A stretch of DNA of 49,749 bases from Bacilli bacterium (GCA_017462455.1 JAFTRC010000022.1:1-49749), one strand, 5' to 3'; numbered from the stretch's first letter, positions 1 to 9,364 are shown. Numbers and translations: made by a program. Notes: a model not told the origin generated them from the sequence alone.

Positions 1-262
1 AATTACTTACTGTTCCACTTAAGCATATATTTCCATTACTCATTATTTGATAAGTTCCATTGGCTACTAGACTACCTTCCATCTCTTTTACTAACAAATC
101 ATTTTCTACTGCTCTTATATAATTTTTAACACTCGTTTCTACTGTTTTTGTTTGTGATGAACTTATAATTTGTGTTACTACTGGTACTGTTATTAAAGCT
201 ATTATTGCTAGTATTACTATTACTGCTAATAATTCTATAAGCGTAAATCCTTTTTTATTCAT
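1..262 (-). CDS. Type IV pilin-like protein with class III (prepilin) signal peptide; runs off the window edge
   Basis: Not in ORF track. Minus-strand translation from ATG at 262 (SD AGGAGAGG): MNKKGFTLIELLAVIVILAIIALITVPVVTQIISSSQTKTVETSVKNYIRAVENDLL..., with the G|FTLIE cleavage/methylation motif. Confidence 0.85.
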   Translation of the reverse strand, partial: MNKKGFTLIELLAVIVILAIIALITVPVVTQIISSSQTKTVETSVKNYIRAVENDLLVKEMEGSLVANGTYQIMSNGNICLSGTVSN

Positions 263-287
263 TTTACCTCTCCTATCTTATAATATT

Positions 288-316
288 ATTATAATATTTA
301 TAGTCAAAAAAAACAA
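288..316 (-). promoter_or_regulatory. Putative sigma-A promoter of the pilin-like gene
   Basis: TTGTTT-17 bp-TATAAT upstream of the SD. Confidence 0.5.
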
Positions 317-333
317 GATATCACTCTTGAATT

Positions 334-1062
334 TTATATTATTTTTAAATTTTTTAAAAATGTTTTACTTTTTAAATACAATCCTGTATATCTATCATAA
401 TAATCATCAATAAAATTATTAACTTCATATATAATATCTTTATTTATATCTAATTTAGATATTTTATCTATGTCTACTAAAGTATACAATCTAACCAATT
501 TTATTGCTTTATTACTTACAATAGGTTCATTAGTATGGCATTTACTACATAGATACCCACCTTTATCACTAGAGAGTGTTACTACATTTTTATTGCCACA
601 TATACTACAGCCATCTAAATTAGGCATTACTCCTAAATAATCCAAATACTTTAACTCTATTATATTAGTTATAATTAATGGATTAAAATTATCATTTATT
701 TTTTTTAATGAACTTATAAGTAAATCATATAAACTACTATCTTCACATTGTTTGTATACTTGACTAGTTAAATCTATTAAAAAACTAGCATAACTTATTT
801 TTTCTATATCTTTTTTTATATTAGAAAAATTATTTATAACACTAGCTTCACTAAGTATTGATAATTTATCTTTTTTATAATAAATAGTAAATGTAGCGTA
901 TGTTAATTTATCAGTAACACTTCTTAAATTACTCTTTAAAGATTTACACCCTTTAGCTATTACTCCAATAATACCATATTCTTTAGTTAAAATATCTATT
1001 ATTTTACTAGTGTCACCATAGTTTTTAGTATTTATTATAATTCCCTCTACATCAATAACCAT
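334..1062 (-). CDS. recO: DNA repair protein RecO
   Basis: N-terminal OB fold (YGDTSKIIDILTKEYGIIGVIAKG), zinc motif CSICG...CSKC, position downstream of era. Confidence 0.95.
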   Translation of the reverse strand: MVIDVEGIIINTKNYGDTSKIIDILTKEYGIIGVIAKGCKSLKSNLRSVTDKLTYATFTIYYKKDKLSILSEASVINNFSNIKKDIEKISYASFLIDLTSQVYKQCEDSSLYDLLISSLKKINDNFNPLIITNIIELKYLDYLGVMPNLDGCSICGNKNVVTLSSDKGGYLCSKCHTNEPIVSNKAIKLVRLYTLVDIDKISKLDINKDIIYEVNNFIDDYYDRYTGLYLKSKTFLKNLKII

Positions 1063-1292
1063 TATTCATCAACTTCTTCAAAACGATATTCTTGTTCTAC
1101 ATTAGGATACTTTTCTCTATCCACTAACGAATTAAACATATCATAAGGTCTAGCCCATATCTTGTTAGTTCCTAAATGCTTATATATTACTAAATTTTCA
1201 CCGTTCTCGGTATGCTCTGCAAAGTCAATAACTTTTACAATATGTCCTTTAAAATGTCTATAAGTTTTACCTATTTCAATTACTCTTTCCAT
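1062..1292 (-). CDS. DUF1653 domain protein
   Basis: YRHFKG...VIY...WARPYDMFNSLVDREKYP..Q.YRF signature. Confidence 0.85.
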   Translation of the reverse strand: MERVIEIGKTYRHFKGHIVKVIDFAEHTENGENLVIYKHLGTNKIWARPYDMFNSLVDREKYPNVEQEYRFEEVDE

Positions 1293-1374
1293 CTTTTTTC
1301 AACTCTTCTTTATATTTCATATAATATTCTATTTTTCCTGTACTTTTAAATAATCCCCATAATAATTCTTTCAT
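1276..1374 (-). CDS. yqzL: YqzL-like small protein (32 aa)
   Basis: Not in ORF track. MKELLWGLFKSTGKIEYYMKYKEELKKDGKSN with SD AGGTGA; W-x-x-F-x-x-T-G-x-I-x-x-Y pattern and the era-yqzL-recO position known from Bacillus. Confidence 0.8.
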   Translation of the reverse strand: MKELLWGLFKSTGKIEYYMKYKEELKKDGKSN

Positions 1375-1419
1375 TTTATCACCTATTTAATTATGATAAA
1401 TATTTTCTTTTTTATTCAA

Positions 1420-2307
1420 CTAATTTTCAAAATCGTTAAAACCAAATTCAGACAAATATTTTTCTTTTTCTCTCCATTTTTTTACAGTTTTAACAAATAG
1501 TTCTAAATATACATTTTTATTTAAAAGTTTTTCTAAATCTTTTCTAGATTCTATACCTATTTTTTTTATCATTTCGCCTTGTTTACCAATTACAATTTTC
1601 TTTAATGAATCTCTATCTACTATTATAGATATTCTAATATTATAACTAGTTTTACCTACTTCAACACTATCAGTTATACATGTAATTGAATGAGGTACTT
1701 CTTCTTCTGTAAAATTAAATACTTTTTCTCTTACTATTTCTGACATTAAAAAATCTATTGATTTATTTGTAACGCTATCCTCTCCATAATATCTTATAGT
1801 ATCTGGTAAATATTTTTTTAATGTTTCAATTAAATCATCTATATTACTTTTTGTAATAGAAGATACTGGCACTATTTCATCAAAATCATATAAATCTTTA
1901 TAATCATTAATTCTATTAAGTATTTCTTCATGTGTTATTTTATCTATTTTATTTATTACAAGTATAACAGGTTTATTTATATTTTTTAATTTATCCAATA
2001 TATAAATATCCCCTTTACCTAATCCTTCAAATGCATCAACTAAAAAAAGAATTATATCTGTATCATCTATACTATAATAAGCTTGTCTATTTAAAGTTTT
2101 GCCTAATTTATTTACAGGTTTATGTATACCTGGAGTATCTACAAATACTATTTGTACCTTATCTTCATTATATATACCTTGAATAATATTACGTGTTGTT
2201 TGAGGTTTATTTGAAGTAATTGCCACTTTCTTACCTACTATACTATTTATTAAAGTACTTTTTCCTACATTTGGTCTACCTATTATTCCTACAAAACCGC
2301 TTTTCAT
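1420..2307 (-). CDS. era: GTPase Era
   Basis: GRPNVGKST, PQTTR, DTPG, NKID motifs; KH domain with IVIGKQG. Confidence 0.98.
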   Translation of the reverse strand: MKSGFVGIIGRPNVGKSTLINSIVGKKVAITSNKPQTTRNIIQGIYNEDKVQIVFVDTPGIHKPVNKLGKTLNRQAYYSIDDTDIILFLVDAFEGLGKGDIYILDKLKNINKPVILVINKIDKITHEEILNRINDYKDLYDFDEIVPVSSITKSNIDDLIETLKKYLPDTIRYYGEDSVTNKSIDFLMSEIVREKVFNFTEEEVPHSITCITDSVEVGKTSYNIRISIIVDRDSLKKIVIGKQGEMIKKIGIESRKDLEKLLNKNVYLELFVKTVKKWREKEKYLSEFGFNDFEN

Positions 2308-2317
2308 CTAATCACTC

Positions 2318-2725
2318 CTAAAATAATGCTATAACTTTTGGTAAAAATATTATTATATTGAGAATAATAGCAACTAAAAATATTACAAATGTGGCTCCAC
2401 TACCACAATCTTTAGCTATTTTTATTAATGGATTATATTCTTTAGTTATTGCATCACATGCATTTTCTATAGCTGTATTTATAAGTTCAACAGATAATAT
2501 AATACCTAAAATACAAATTATTAGTATCCATTCTAATCCATTTATATTATATGAAAATCCCATAAGAATTTCAACTATAACACCAAGTATATATATAACT
2601 ATACTTTTTCCTTCTTTAGCATAACTTTTAATACCATTTAAAGAATTCTTAGCTGATTGAAATATACCCTTAGGAGTCACATCTCTTTTTTCTATTTCTT
2701 CTTCAAGTTTATTTTTCAATTCCAT
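2318..2725 (-). CDS. dgkA: Diacylglycerol/undecaprenol kinase (DgkA family)
   Basis: ELINTAIENACD...AKDCGSGA motif, three hydrophobic segments, ybeY-dgkA-era synteny. Confidence 0.92.
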   Translation of the reverse strand: MELKNKLEEEIEKRDVTPKGIFQSAKNSLNGIKSYAKEGKSIVIYILGVIVEILMGFSYNINGLEWILIICILGIILSVELINTAIENACDAITKEYNPLIKIAKDCGSGATFVIFLVAIILNIIIFLPKVIALF

Positions 2726-3155
2726 ATTCCCTCAATATCCTTTCCTGTAATTCAAACATAATTTTTTCTTCTTCTTTTTCCATATGATCGTATCCAAGTA
2801 AATGAAGTAATCCATGTATTGTTAAAAAAGAAATTTCTCTTAAAAAGCTATGTCCATATTCTAAACTTTGAGAATGTGCTTTTTCTATACATATATAAAT
2901 ATCACCCAACACTCTGAAATCAGTTTTTATAAAAGTATTATCATCTTCTAAAGCAAAACTAATTACGTCAGTAACACTATCTTTACCTCTATATTCTCTA
3001 TTAATTTCATGTATTTTTTCTTGATCTACAATAATTATATTGAAAACTGTATTATTAATATTTTGGTATTTTAAAGCAAATTCTACTAATTTTTTTACCG
3101 TATCTAATTCTTTTATTTCTTCTGTTGTCTCATTAACAATTTCAAAACTATTCAT
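2709..3155 (-). CDS. ybeY: rRNA maturation RNase YbeY
   Basis: NREYRGKDSVTDVISF and HGLLHLLGYDH motifs. Confidence 0.97.
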   Translation of the reverse strand: MNSFEIVNETTEEIKELDTVKKLVEFALKYQNINNTVFNIIIVDQEKIHEINREYRGKDSVTDVISFALEDDNTFIKTDFRVLGDIYICIEKAHSQSLEYGHSFLREISFLTIHGLLHLLGYDHMEKEEEKIMFELQERILREYGIEK

Positions 3156-3211
3156 ATTATTCTCCTAACACTATAATTATATTATAAATACAGTCTTTTT
3201 TCAAGCAAAAA

Positions 3212-4411
3212 CTAAGGATTATTTATCTGTTCTTCTATTTCTACATACTCTTCTATTTCTTGATATTCAGTTATATCTAATACTACATTAAAAAATATAT
3301 TTAAAGTAATAGAATCATTATTTTTTATTTTGTTTAATACTTTATAATCACTAACATATTCATTATCATTTAAATTTTCTTCCATCTTATTTTTTGCATA
3401 TTCTATAGCTTTTTCTATTAATTGTTCTTCTGTATTATTTTCATCTATTATATTTGTCTCATATTGTTTTTGATATATAAATTTTATAGGTAATAAATTA
3501 TTTTTTAACAAAGTATTATTTTTTTCATCTTTAGTTTCATATTTATTAAAATTAAATAATTCTATTTCTTTATTTAAAAACTTTATAACAAATACATTCT
3601 TTTCATTACCAGTCCTAGTTTTTTCATAATATTTATAAGGATAAGTTATTGTTACATTATACCAAGTTTCACCATAAACACTACCTTTAGAACTTACTGT
3701 ATCTTTAACACTATTATTCAAATAAATATACCCACTAACTATTATATCTCCCTTTTTTACATATGAATTAACACCCTTTATAATTTGTCCACTAGATATT
3801 TTCATATCAGTTATTACTGCATCCCTACTAGCTATAATATTTCTTAAAGGGGTTTCTTCATTTTCATTATTGAGTATTCTAGGTTCATATCTAATTATAT
3901 ATTTAGTACCTATATTTTCTATCTCTAACCATTCCAATTCATTTTTATGTTTACTTAATATCTCTTTTTTTATTTCTTGTAATTTCTCATAACTTTTCTT
4001 AAATTTATATTTATCTATACCGTATTCTTTTAAATCATTAATTAAAGTTGCTTCCATTTTAGAATCATTGGTAACCACATCCACATAAAAAATCATATTA
4101 CTAAGTATATAAAGTCCTATTAAAGCAAATAAAATAGATAATATTACAAATTTATTATTTAATATATTATTTTTATATTTAATCAAACCATAGTAATCTA
4201 ATGTATTTATTTCATATATAGTTTTTAATTTTATTATTTTATCATAATCTTTTTTGTAAACTTTTATATTTATTTCGTTTTTAGATATATATTTTATATT
4301 TAATATTTCTATATTATTACTCTTTAATCTTTTTATAAATCTTTCTACATTATTACCTTTAATATTTAAACTTAATTTACTTTCTAATAAATAAAATATG
4401 TAGTTTTTCAT
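3212..4411 (-). CDS. yqfD: Sporulation protein YqfD
   Basis: IIASRDAVITDMKISSGQ...VKKGDIIVSG...G.VYGETWY; adjacent to yqfC. Confidence 0.9.
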   Translation of the reverse strand: MKNYIFYLLESKLSLNIKGNNVERFIKRLKSNNIEILNIKYISKNEINIKVYKKDYDKIIKLKTIYEINTLDYYGLIKYKNNILNNKFVILSILFALIGLYILSNMIFYVDVVTNDSKMEATLINDLKEYGIDKYKFKKSYEKLQEIKKEILSKHKNELEWLEIENIGTKYIIRYEPRILNNENEETPLRNIIASRDAVITDMKISSGQIIKGVNSYVKKGDIIVSGYIYLNNSVKDTVSSKGSVYGETWYNVTITYPYKYYEKTRTGNEKNVFVIKFLNKEIELFNFNKYETKDEKNNTLLKNNLLPIKFIYQKQYETNIIDENNTEEQLIEKAIEYAKNKMEENLNDNEYVSDYKVLNKIKNNDSITLNIFFNVVLDITEYQEIEEYVEIEEQINNP

Positions 4412-4415
4412 AGTA

Positions 4416-4655
4416 TCACCTAAATTCTATATTATTAAAATTACCAGTAATCAATATTTCATCGCTTAATAATTTTGATACCACTAAATCATTTCCTTTA
4501 ATTATAATATCTTTTTCTACTCCTTTAATTACTATTTTATTAGAATCAAAATGACCTATATCTTTATAATTAACAATATTAATCTTGTTATTTAATATTG
4601 TTATTTTTAATTCAGAATCATTTATATAGGATCTAATACCATTAATTATATTCAA
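4416..4655 (-). CDS. yqfC: YabP/YqfC family sporulation protein
   Basis: INIVNYKDIGHFDSNKIVI...IKGNDLVVSKLLSDEILITG; precedes yqfD. Confidence 0.85.
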   Translation of the reverse strand: MNIINGIRSYINDSELKITILNNKINIVNYKDIGHFDSNKIVIKGVEKDIIIKGNDLVVSKLLSDEILITGNFNNIEFR

Positions 4656-4687
4656 AATATCACCTATATAATTTTATTAAGTAAAAC

Positions 4688-4715
4688 AAAAAAAATACTA
4701 ACATTAGTATTTTTT
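4688..4715 (-). terminator. Intrinsic terminator after the DUF4956 gene
   Basis: AAAAATACTA-ATGT-TAGTATTTTTTTT hairpin with U-tract on minus. Confidence 0.65.
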
Positions 4716-4718
4716 ATA

Positions 4719-5399
4719 TTAATATTGGCTTTCCCCATCTTGACTCATCAAGTTAACTTCGCTAACACCTTTAATCTTTAGTATTTCATTTACAAATTCT
4801 TTATCTTTTTTTACTTTTAACTCATATATATAACTTGATTCTTTACTAGATAAATTTTCTGACTTTAATTTATATTTTATTTTATAACTATTAAGTATTA
4901 TTTCTATATCCCTAGTAGTTACATTTTTAAAATATATAACAAGTATATAAGGTGTCTTTTTCTCAGGTATAATATCAAAGAATAACATTGCTATAGCAAG
5001 TATTATAGCTAATACTATAGCCATAGAATAAACCCCTGCACCTATAATAATACCATTAGATATACTCCAGAATAAAAACAATAAATCTCTTGGTTCTTTT
5101 ATAGCGGTTCTAAATCTTACTATAGAAAGTGCTCCTACCATACCTAATGATACAGTAATATTTGCTTGCATTGATAGTACTATAGCTGCTGTTATAATTG
5201 ACATTAAAGACATTGATATATTAAATTTTTTTGAATATATAACGCCTTTTGTAGTTAACTTATATATGAAAAATACAAATAATGAAAGTAAAAAAGCATA
5301 TATAAGTGTGACTGCGATAGTTGTTATTGATACATTAGCTGAAAAGTTATTTAAAAAACTATCTTTAAATATATCATCAAAAGTTACTTTTAAAATCAT
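4719..5399 (-). CDS. DUF4956 family membrane protein
   Basis: SLGMVGALSIVRFRTAIKEPRDLLFLFWSI signature. Confidence 0.92.
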   Translation of the reverse strand: MILKVTFDDIFKDSFLNNFSANVSITTIAVTLIYAFLLSLFVFFIYKLTTKGVIYSKKFNISMSLMSIITAAIVLSMQANITVSLGMVGALSIVRFRTAIKEPRDLLFLFWSISNGIIIGAGVYSMAIVLAIILAIAMLFFDIIPEKKTPYILVIYFKNVTTRDIEIILNSYKIKYKLKSENLSSKESSYIYELKVKKDKEFVNEILKIKGVSEVNLMSQDGESQY

Positions 5400-5400
5400 A

Positions 5401-6081
5401 CTAAAACCTCCTGCTTAAATCATCTATACAATTATTAAATTTAGAATATGAAGTTTGTTCTAAATGATTTAATTCTAATCTAAATCTAATAAAATCTGGA
5501 ATTAATTCATTATATTTTACTTCTAATATTTTATCTTTTAAATAATGTACTCTTTTTTCTTTATTAAATAAATTATTATATTTATTCGTATGTCTTATAT
5601 TATAATCGAGAGTTATTCTAACATTCCCTAGTTTATATACATATGGTATTCTATCATACTCTATACAAATTACAGGTCTCAATAATTCTGTTTTCATTTT
5701 TAATATAAATTCATTTAATAATGGTTTATTATCCTTACTTATTTTTACATTACCACTTAATATATTATCTAAATCATCTCTTGTTATTTTAACGCTCTTT
5801 TTATTTGTTAATCCATTTACTTTAGATTTCTTTTCTAAATTAATATATGAATCATCATAATTATAAAATCTTATTCTATATTTCCATCTTTCGCTTATTC
5901 CATTTTTAACTTGGTTATATGACGTTTTATTATAGTTATCAAAATAAATACTTGAAATAGTATAAAAGTCATCTTTACAATTAGAATCTTTTTTAATTAA
6001 TCCTCTTAGATTATTGTTAATTATACAAAAATCACTATCTGTAATTTTATATTTTAATTCTTTTCTAAATTTTCTATTCAT
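5401..6081 (-). CDS. VTC (polyphosphate polymerase) domain protein
   Basis: RKELKY, Y.ISSIYFD, KYRIRFY, LEKK, YDRIPY, RITLD, ILEVKY, SYSKF motifs of the VTC/CYTH fold. Confidence 0.9.
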   Translation of the reverse strand: MNRKFRKELKYKITDSDFCIINNNLRGLIKKDSNCKDDFYTISSIYFDNYNKTSYNQVKNGISERWKYRIRFYNYDDSYINLEKKSKVNGLTNKKSVKITRDDLDNILSGNVKISKDNKPLLNEFILKMKTELLRPVICIEYDRIPYVYKLGNVRITLDYNIRHTNKYNNLFNKEKRVHYLKDKILEVKYNELIPDFIRFRLELNHLEQTSYSKFNNCIDDLSRRF

Positions 6082-7594
6082 TTTCTAAACTTTCTATATA
6101 ATCATCAAAGAATTCTAATCTCTTGTGTATCCAAGTTCTAACTTCTTCTATTTCTTTTTCCCAAGCATATTCTCCCCAAACACTAGAATCTCTTATAATC
6201 ACACCCTTAGATAAATTATTTATATATTCATCTAATAAAACATTTATATATTCTTCAGTTAAAATATTTTTTCTAAGAGACCAATATCTATCTATTAATA
6301 ATTGATTTGTTTTTGGAGCATCTTGATGATAGAACATACAGGATAATTTATCATATCCTAAAAGAGATATTCTATCCTCTCCTAAATCAAATCCATAACT
6401 AAATTCCATATCCCAAGGTTGAATATAAATATCACTTGATAAAGTATCAAAATAAAAATAGTTATTATATCCCATACAATTATCTATATTACTTGTAAAT
6501 GCATTGAAAATTGTAATATCTATATAATTTTTTAAATTAAAAGAGGATTCTATTACTTCATCGGTTATTTTAATTTCAGAATCATAATATTTTCTTATGC
6601 TCAATAGTAATTTTTTCCAAGTATCTGAATAAAAATCACTATTGTTTGGATATTTTATTTCAAAATTAGCATAACTATATTCATCTATATTTTTATATGC
6701 AATATTTGAATCGATATCAACCCAACCAATCATTTTAATTACTGCGCTCGTATCTTCTGTACTTGTTTTAGGTAAATTTAAATTTTTCCTGTTTATTGGT
6801 TCTGTAAATACATATAACCCCATATATTCATTGTTTATAAATACTTCAACAAATTCACTATACACATCTACACTAGTAAAATCATTAGAAATATCATTCC
6901 ACAATTTAGTAGATAAGACATTTCTTATTTTAGATTCATCTCTATAATTAGCATCTAAAATAAAAGAGTCTCCATTATAAAAATTAGAAATTTGTATATT
7001 TTTTTCATCAGTATACTTGTTATTATACATATTAATTCTATATGATTTTTTAGGTAACTCGGAAGAAGAAGCACCTCTAATATGAATCATACTATTGCTA
7101 GTTATAACTTTATTAACTTCTTCTGAATTTATATATTTAAAAGTAGATTCTACATCTTCTGTTGTTATAGAACCTTGTGTTGTTATACTAATTAATGGAA
7201 GGTTTGTTAATTGTATTTTTGTTTCGTAATAATATTTATCGTTATATATAATTATATCTATAGGTTCATCATACCTAACATCAATTATATTAAAAGTCTG
7301 ATCTTTAATTTTATATTTATATTCATTATCTAAATCTAATTTTAATACATAACTATTATTTTCATAATCATCTGATACATTATAATAATATATATTATTG
7401 TTTTTATCATAAACTGTATCAATATTATTTATTGTAAGAGAATTAATTAAATTTTCTTTTTGTTTTCTACCTTGTTTTATTTCTTTTATGCTTAAATATG
7501 ATAAAGATGTACCAAATATACTACATAAAATTAGAAATATTAAAATTAATATTAGCAATATAAAAACAGCTATTTTTAACTTATTACTATTCAT
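6074..7594 (-). CDS. CotH kinase family protein with N-terminal membrane anchor
   Basis: IRGASS..PKKSYR, D.SKIRN, VEVFINNEYMGLY...EP, NNYFY, PWDMEFSYG motifs. Confidence 0.88.
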   Translation of the reverse strand: MNSNKLKIAVFILLILILIFLILCSIFGTSLSYLSIKEIKQGRKQKENLINSLTINNIDTVYDKNNNIYYYNVSDDYENNSYVLKLDLDNEYKYKIKDQTFNIIDVRYDEPIDIIIYNDKYYYETKIQLTNLPLISITTQGSITTEDVESTFKYINSEEVNKVITSNSMIHIRGASSSELPKKSYRINMYNNKYTDEKNIQISNFYNGDSFILDANYRDESKIRNVLSTKLWNDISNDFTSVDVYSEFVEVFINNEYMGLYVFTEPINRKNLNLPKTSTEDTSAVIKMIGWVDIDSNIAYKNIDEYSYANFEIKYPNNSDFYSDTWKKLLLSIRKYYDSEIKITDEVIESSFNLKNYIDITIFNAFTSNIDNCMGYNNYFYFDTLSSDIYIQPWDMEFSYGFDLGEDRISLLGYDKLSCMFYHQDAPKTNQLLIDRYWSLRKNILTEEYINVLLDEYINNLSKGVIIRDSSVWGEYAWEKEIEEVRTWIHKRLEFFDDYIESLENE

Positions 7595-7659
7595 AAAATC
7601 AAACTCCCATTTGTTTTGTTTTATATTATACCATAAAAAACAAAAAATAGAATAATAAA

Positions 7660-8580
7660 TTATTCTATTGTTATAATTCTTTCTTGAGTATCTGTATTAC
7701 CACTCGAATCTTGGGCTATGTATGTTATCGAATATTTTCCAACTTCACCAAATTTTATTGTTCCGCTTGTAGTAATATTGCATACGCCACTATTATCTGT
7801 ACAGGTGACTCCCTCTAATAAATCAAATTCAGTAACACTTGTACTTAATGTATTATTATCTGGAAGAGTTAATTGAGGATTCTCCTCATCGGTAATAATA
7901 ATATATCTAATTACCATATTAGAGTATCCATTATCATCTACAACTGTATAATATATTTTATATATTCCTAATTTGCTTGTATCTACGCTTTCCACAGAAC
8001 TATCATTTAAAGTAATACTAACATAAACTCTAGAAGTCAAATCAGTACCTTCACTAGACTCAGCAGTATAATTAACTTTAGTGTATGGTTGATTTATATC
8101 AATTTCTTCTACATAATTGCCATCTGAATTTTCAGGTAAATTTATATCAAAAATTATATCAGGTTTAAGAGAAGAATCAAGTGTTTGATTTAAAATTACT
8201 GTATATAAATAATCTCCATTTAATTTAGAATTAGAATTAGAATATTTATATCCTGCGCCTACATTTTCTATACTTATAACTAAGTTATTAGGATACAGCT
8301 CTTTTGTTTCTGGATTTTTAATATCAGCAGCTATCAATCCTTCATTTTTTAATTGCGCGAGAGTTATATAAGTAGTTTTTCCTCTTTCAGGCAATATGTC
8401 TAATTGTTTTAGCGATAAATCATATGCTGCATCTAAAATTGTATTTATTTGTTCATTAGAAATAGTTTCTTTACTTTTAACTAGAATATGTTCTACAGCT
8501 GGAAAAATTAAAATAAATATAACAGCTAATATCACTATCACAGCCAATAATTCTACTAAAGTGAAACCTTTATTTTTCAT
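7660..8580 (-). CDS. Type IV pilin-like protein with two C-terminal Ig-like (DUF5011-type) domains
   Basis: Start moved to ATG 8580 (SD GAGGTG): MKNKG|FTLVELLAVIVILAVI; VDTSKLGIYKIYYTVVD and GKYSITYIAQDSSGN repeats. Confidence 0.8.
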   Translation of the reverse strand: MKNKGFTLVELLAVIVILAVIFILIFPAVEHILVKSKETISNEQINTILDAAYDLSLKQLDILPERGKTTYITLAQLKNEGLIAADIKNPETKELYPNNLVISIENVGAGYKYSNSNSKLNGDYLYTVILNQTLDSSLKPDIIFDINLPENSDGNYVEEIDINQPYTKVNYTAESSEGTDLTSRVYVSITLNDSSVESVDTSKLGIYKIYYTVVDDNGYSNMVIRYIIITDEENPQLTLPDNNTLSTSVTEFDLLEGVTCTDNSGVCNITTSGTIKFGEVGKYSITYIAQDSSGNTDTQERIITIE

Positions 8581-8591
8581 AATACACCTCA

Positions 8592-9137
8592 CTATTTGTT
8601 AAATATACTTAATATACGAGCGAAATTAAATAATATTTGATTACTTTTTTTCATAGCAAAGCCTTTTTCAATAGCTTTACCACCTATAGTTAACGCGGAT
8701 ATAATTCCCATAATTGTTAAGGTCACTAACATATCATTTAAATTAGTTTTTTCAATTATTTTTAGAGCTATAACAGCACCAGTAGATCCTGAAATGATAC
8801 CACAGATATCTCCTACTACATCGTTACAAAAACTAGCAACTCTATCAGCATTCTTTTTTAATCTTACTGCCATTTTTGCTCCTTTAACTTTTCTTGCTGC
8901 CATTGAATGAAATTGTGACTCATCTGCAGCTGCTACTGCAACACCTACCATATCAAAAACAACACCTATAAGTACAAATACTAAAGTTAATATTATCCCA
9001 AAAAATATATTTAAATTCGGTATAGCAGTTTCTGATATAAAACTAAAAGCTACTGATATTACAAATGATAAAATTATTATTTGTGTTATCCATTTATAAT
9101 CAACTAAATTTTTTTTCTTCCTTTTTTCTCTTGACAT
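8592..9137 (-). CDS. oapA: OLE-associated protein OapA (CNNM/DUF21-like transmembrane protein)
   Basis: FDMVGVAVAAADE..FHSMAARKVKGAK.A..L.KNADRVASFCNDVVGDICGIISG, including the DxxxD motif; lies just downstream of an OLE RNA. Confidence 0.88.
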   Translation of the reverse strand: MSREKRKKKNLVDYKWITQIIILSFVISVAFSFISETAIPNLNIFFGIILTLVFVLIGVVFDMVGVAVAAADESQFHSMAARKVKGAKMAVRLKKNADRVASFCNDVVGDICGIISGSTGAVIALKIIEKTNLNDMLVTLTIMGIISALTIGGKAIEKGFAMKKSNQILFNFARILSIFNK

Positions 9138-9141
9138 ACAT

Positions 9142-9348
9142 TCACCTATTTAATTTTATTTCATTATTTTGAATATTATTTGGGATTTCTTTCTTTTGAT
9201 TTTTTATTCCTAATACTAGAAAAATTGTTAGTGAAATTACAAGAATATATAATATTACTACTATAACTATATAATTTTTACTTGTATCTTTTTTATCGAT
9301 ATCAGCAAAATCATTTGCCATATCTTTTGCATCTATATCGTTATTCAT
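9142..9348 (-). CDS. Small single-pass membrane protein (68 aa), unknown function
   Basis: Start moved from 9420 to ATG 9348 (SD AGGTGA). Acidic N-terminus, ~22-aa hydrophobic helix, then K/N-rich tail. Confidence 0.7.
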   Translation of the reverse strand: MNNDIDAKDMANDFADIDKKDTSKNYIVIVVILYILVISLTIFLVLGIKNQKKEIPNNIQNNEIKLNR

Positions 9349-9364
9349 CCTATCACCTATTATA

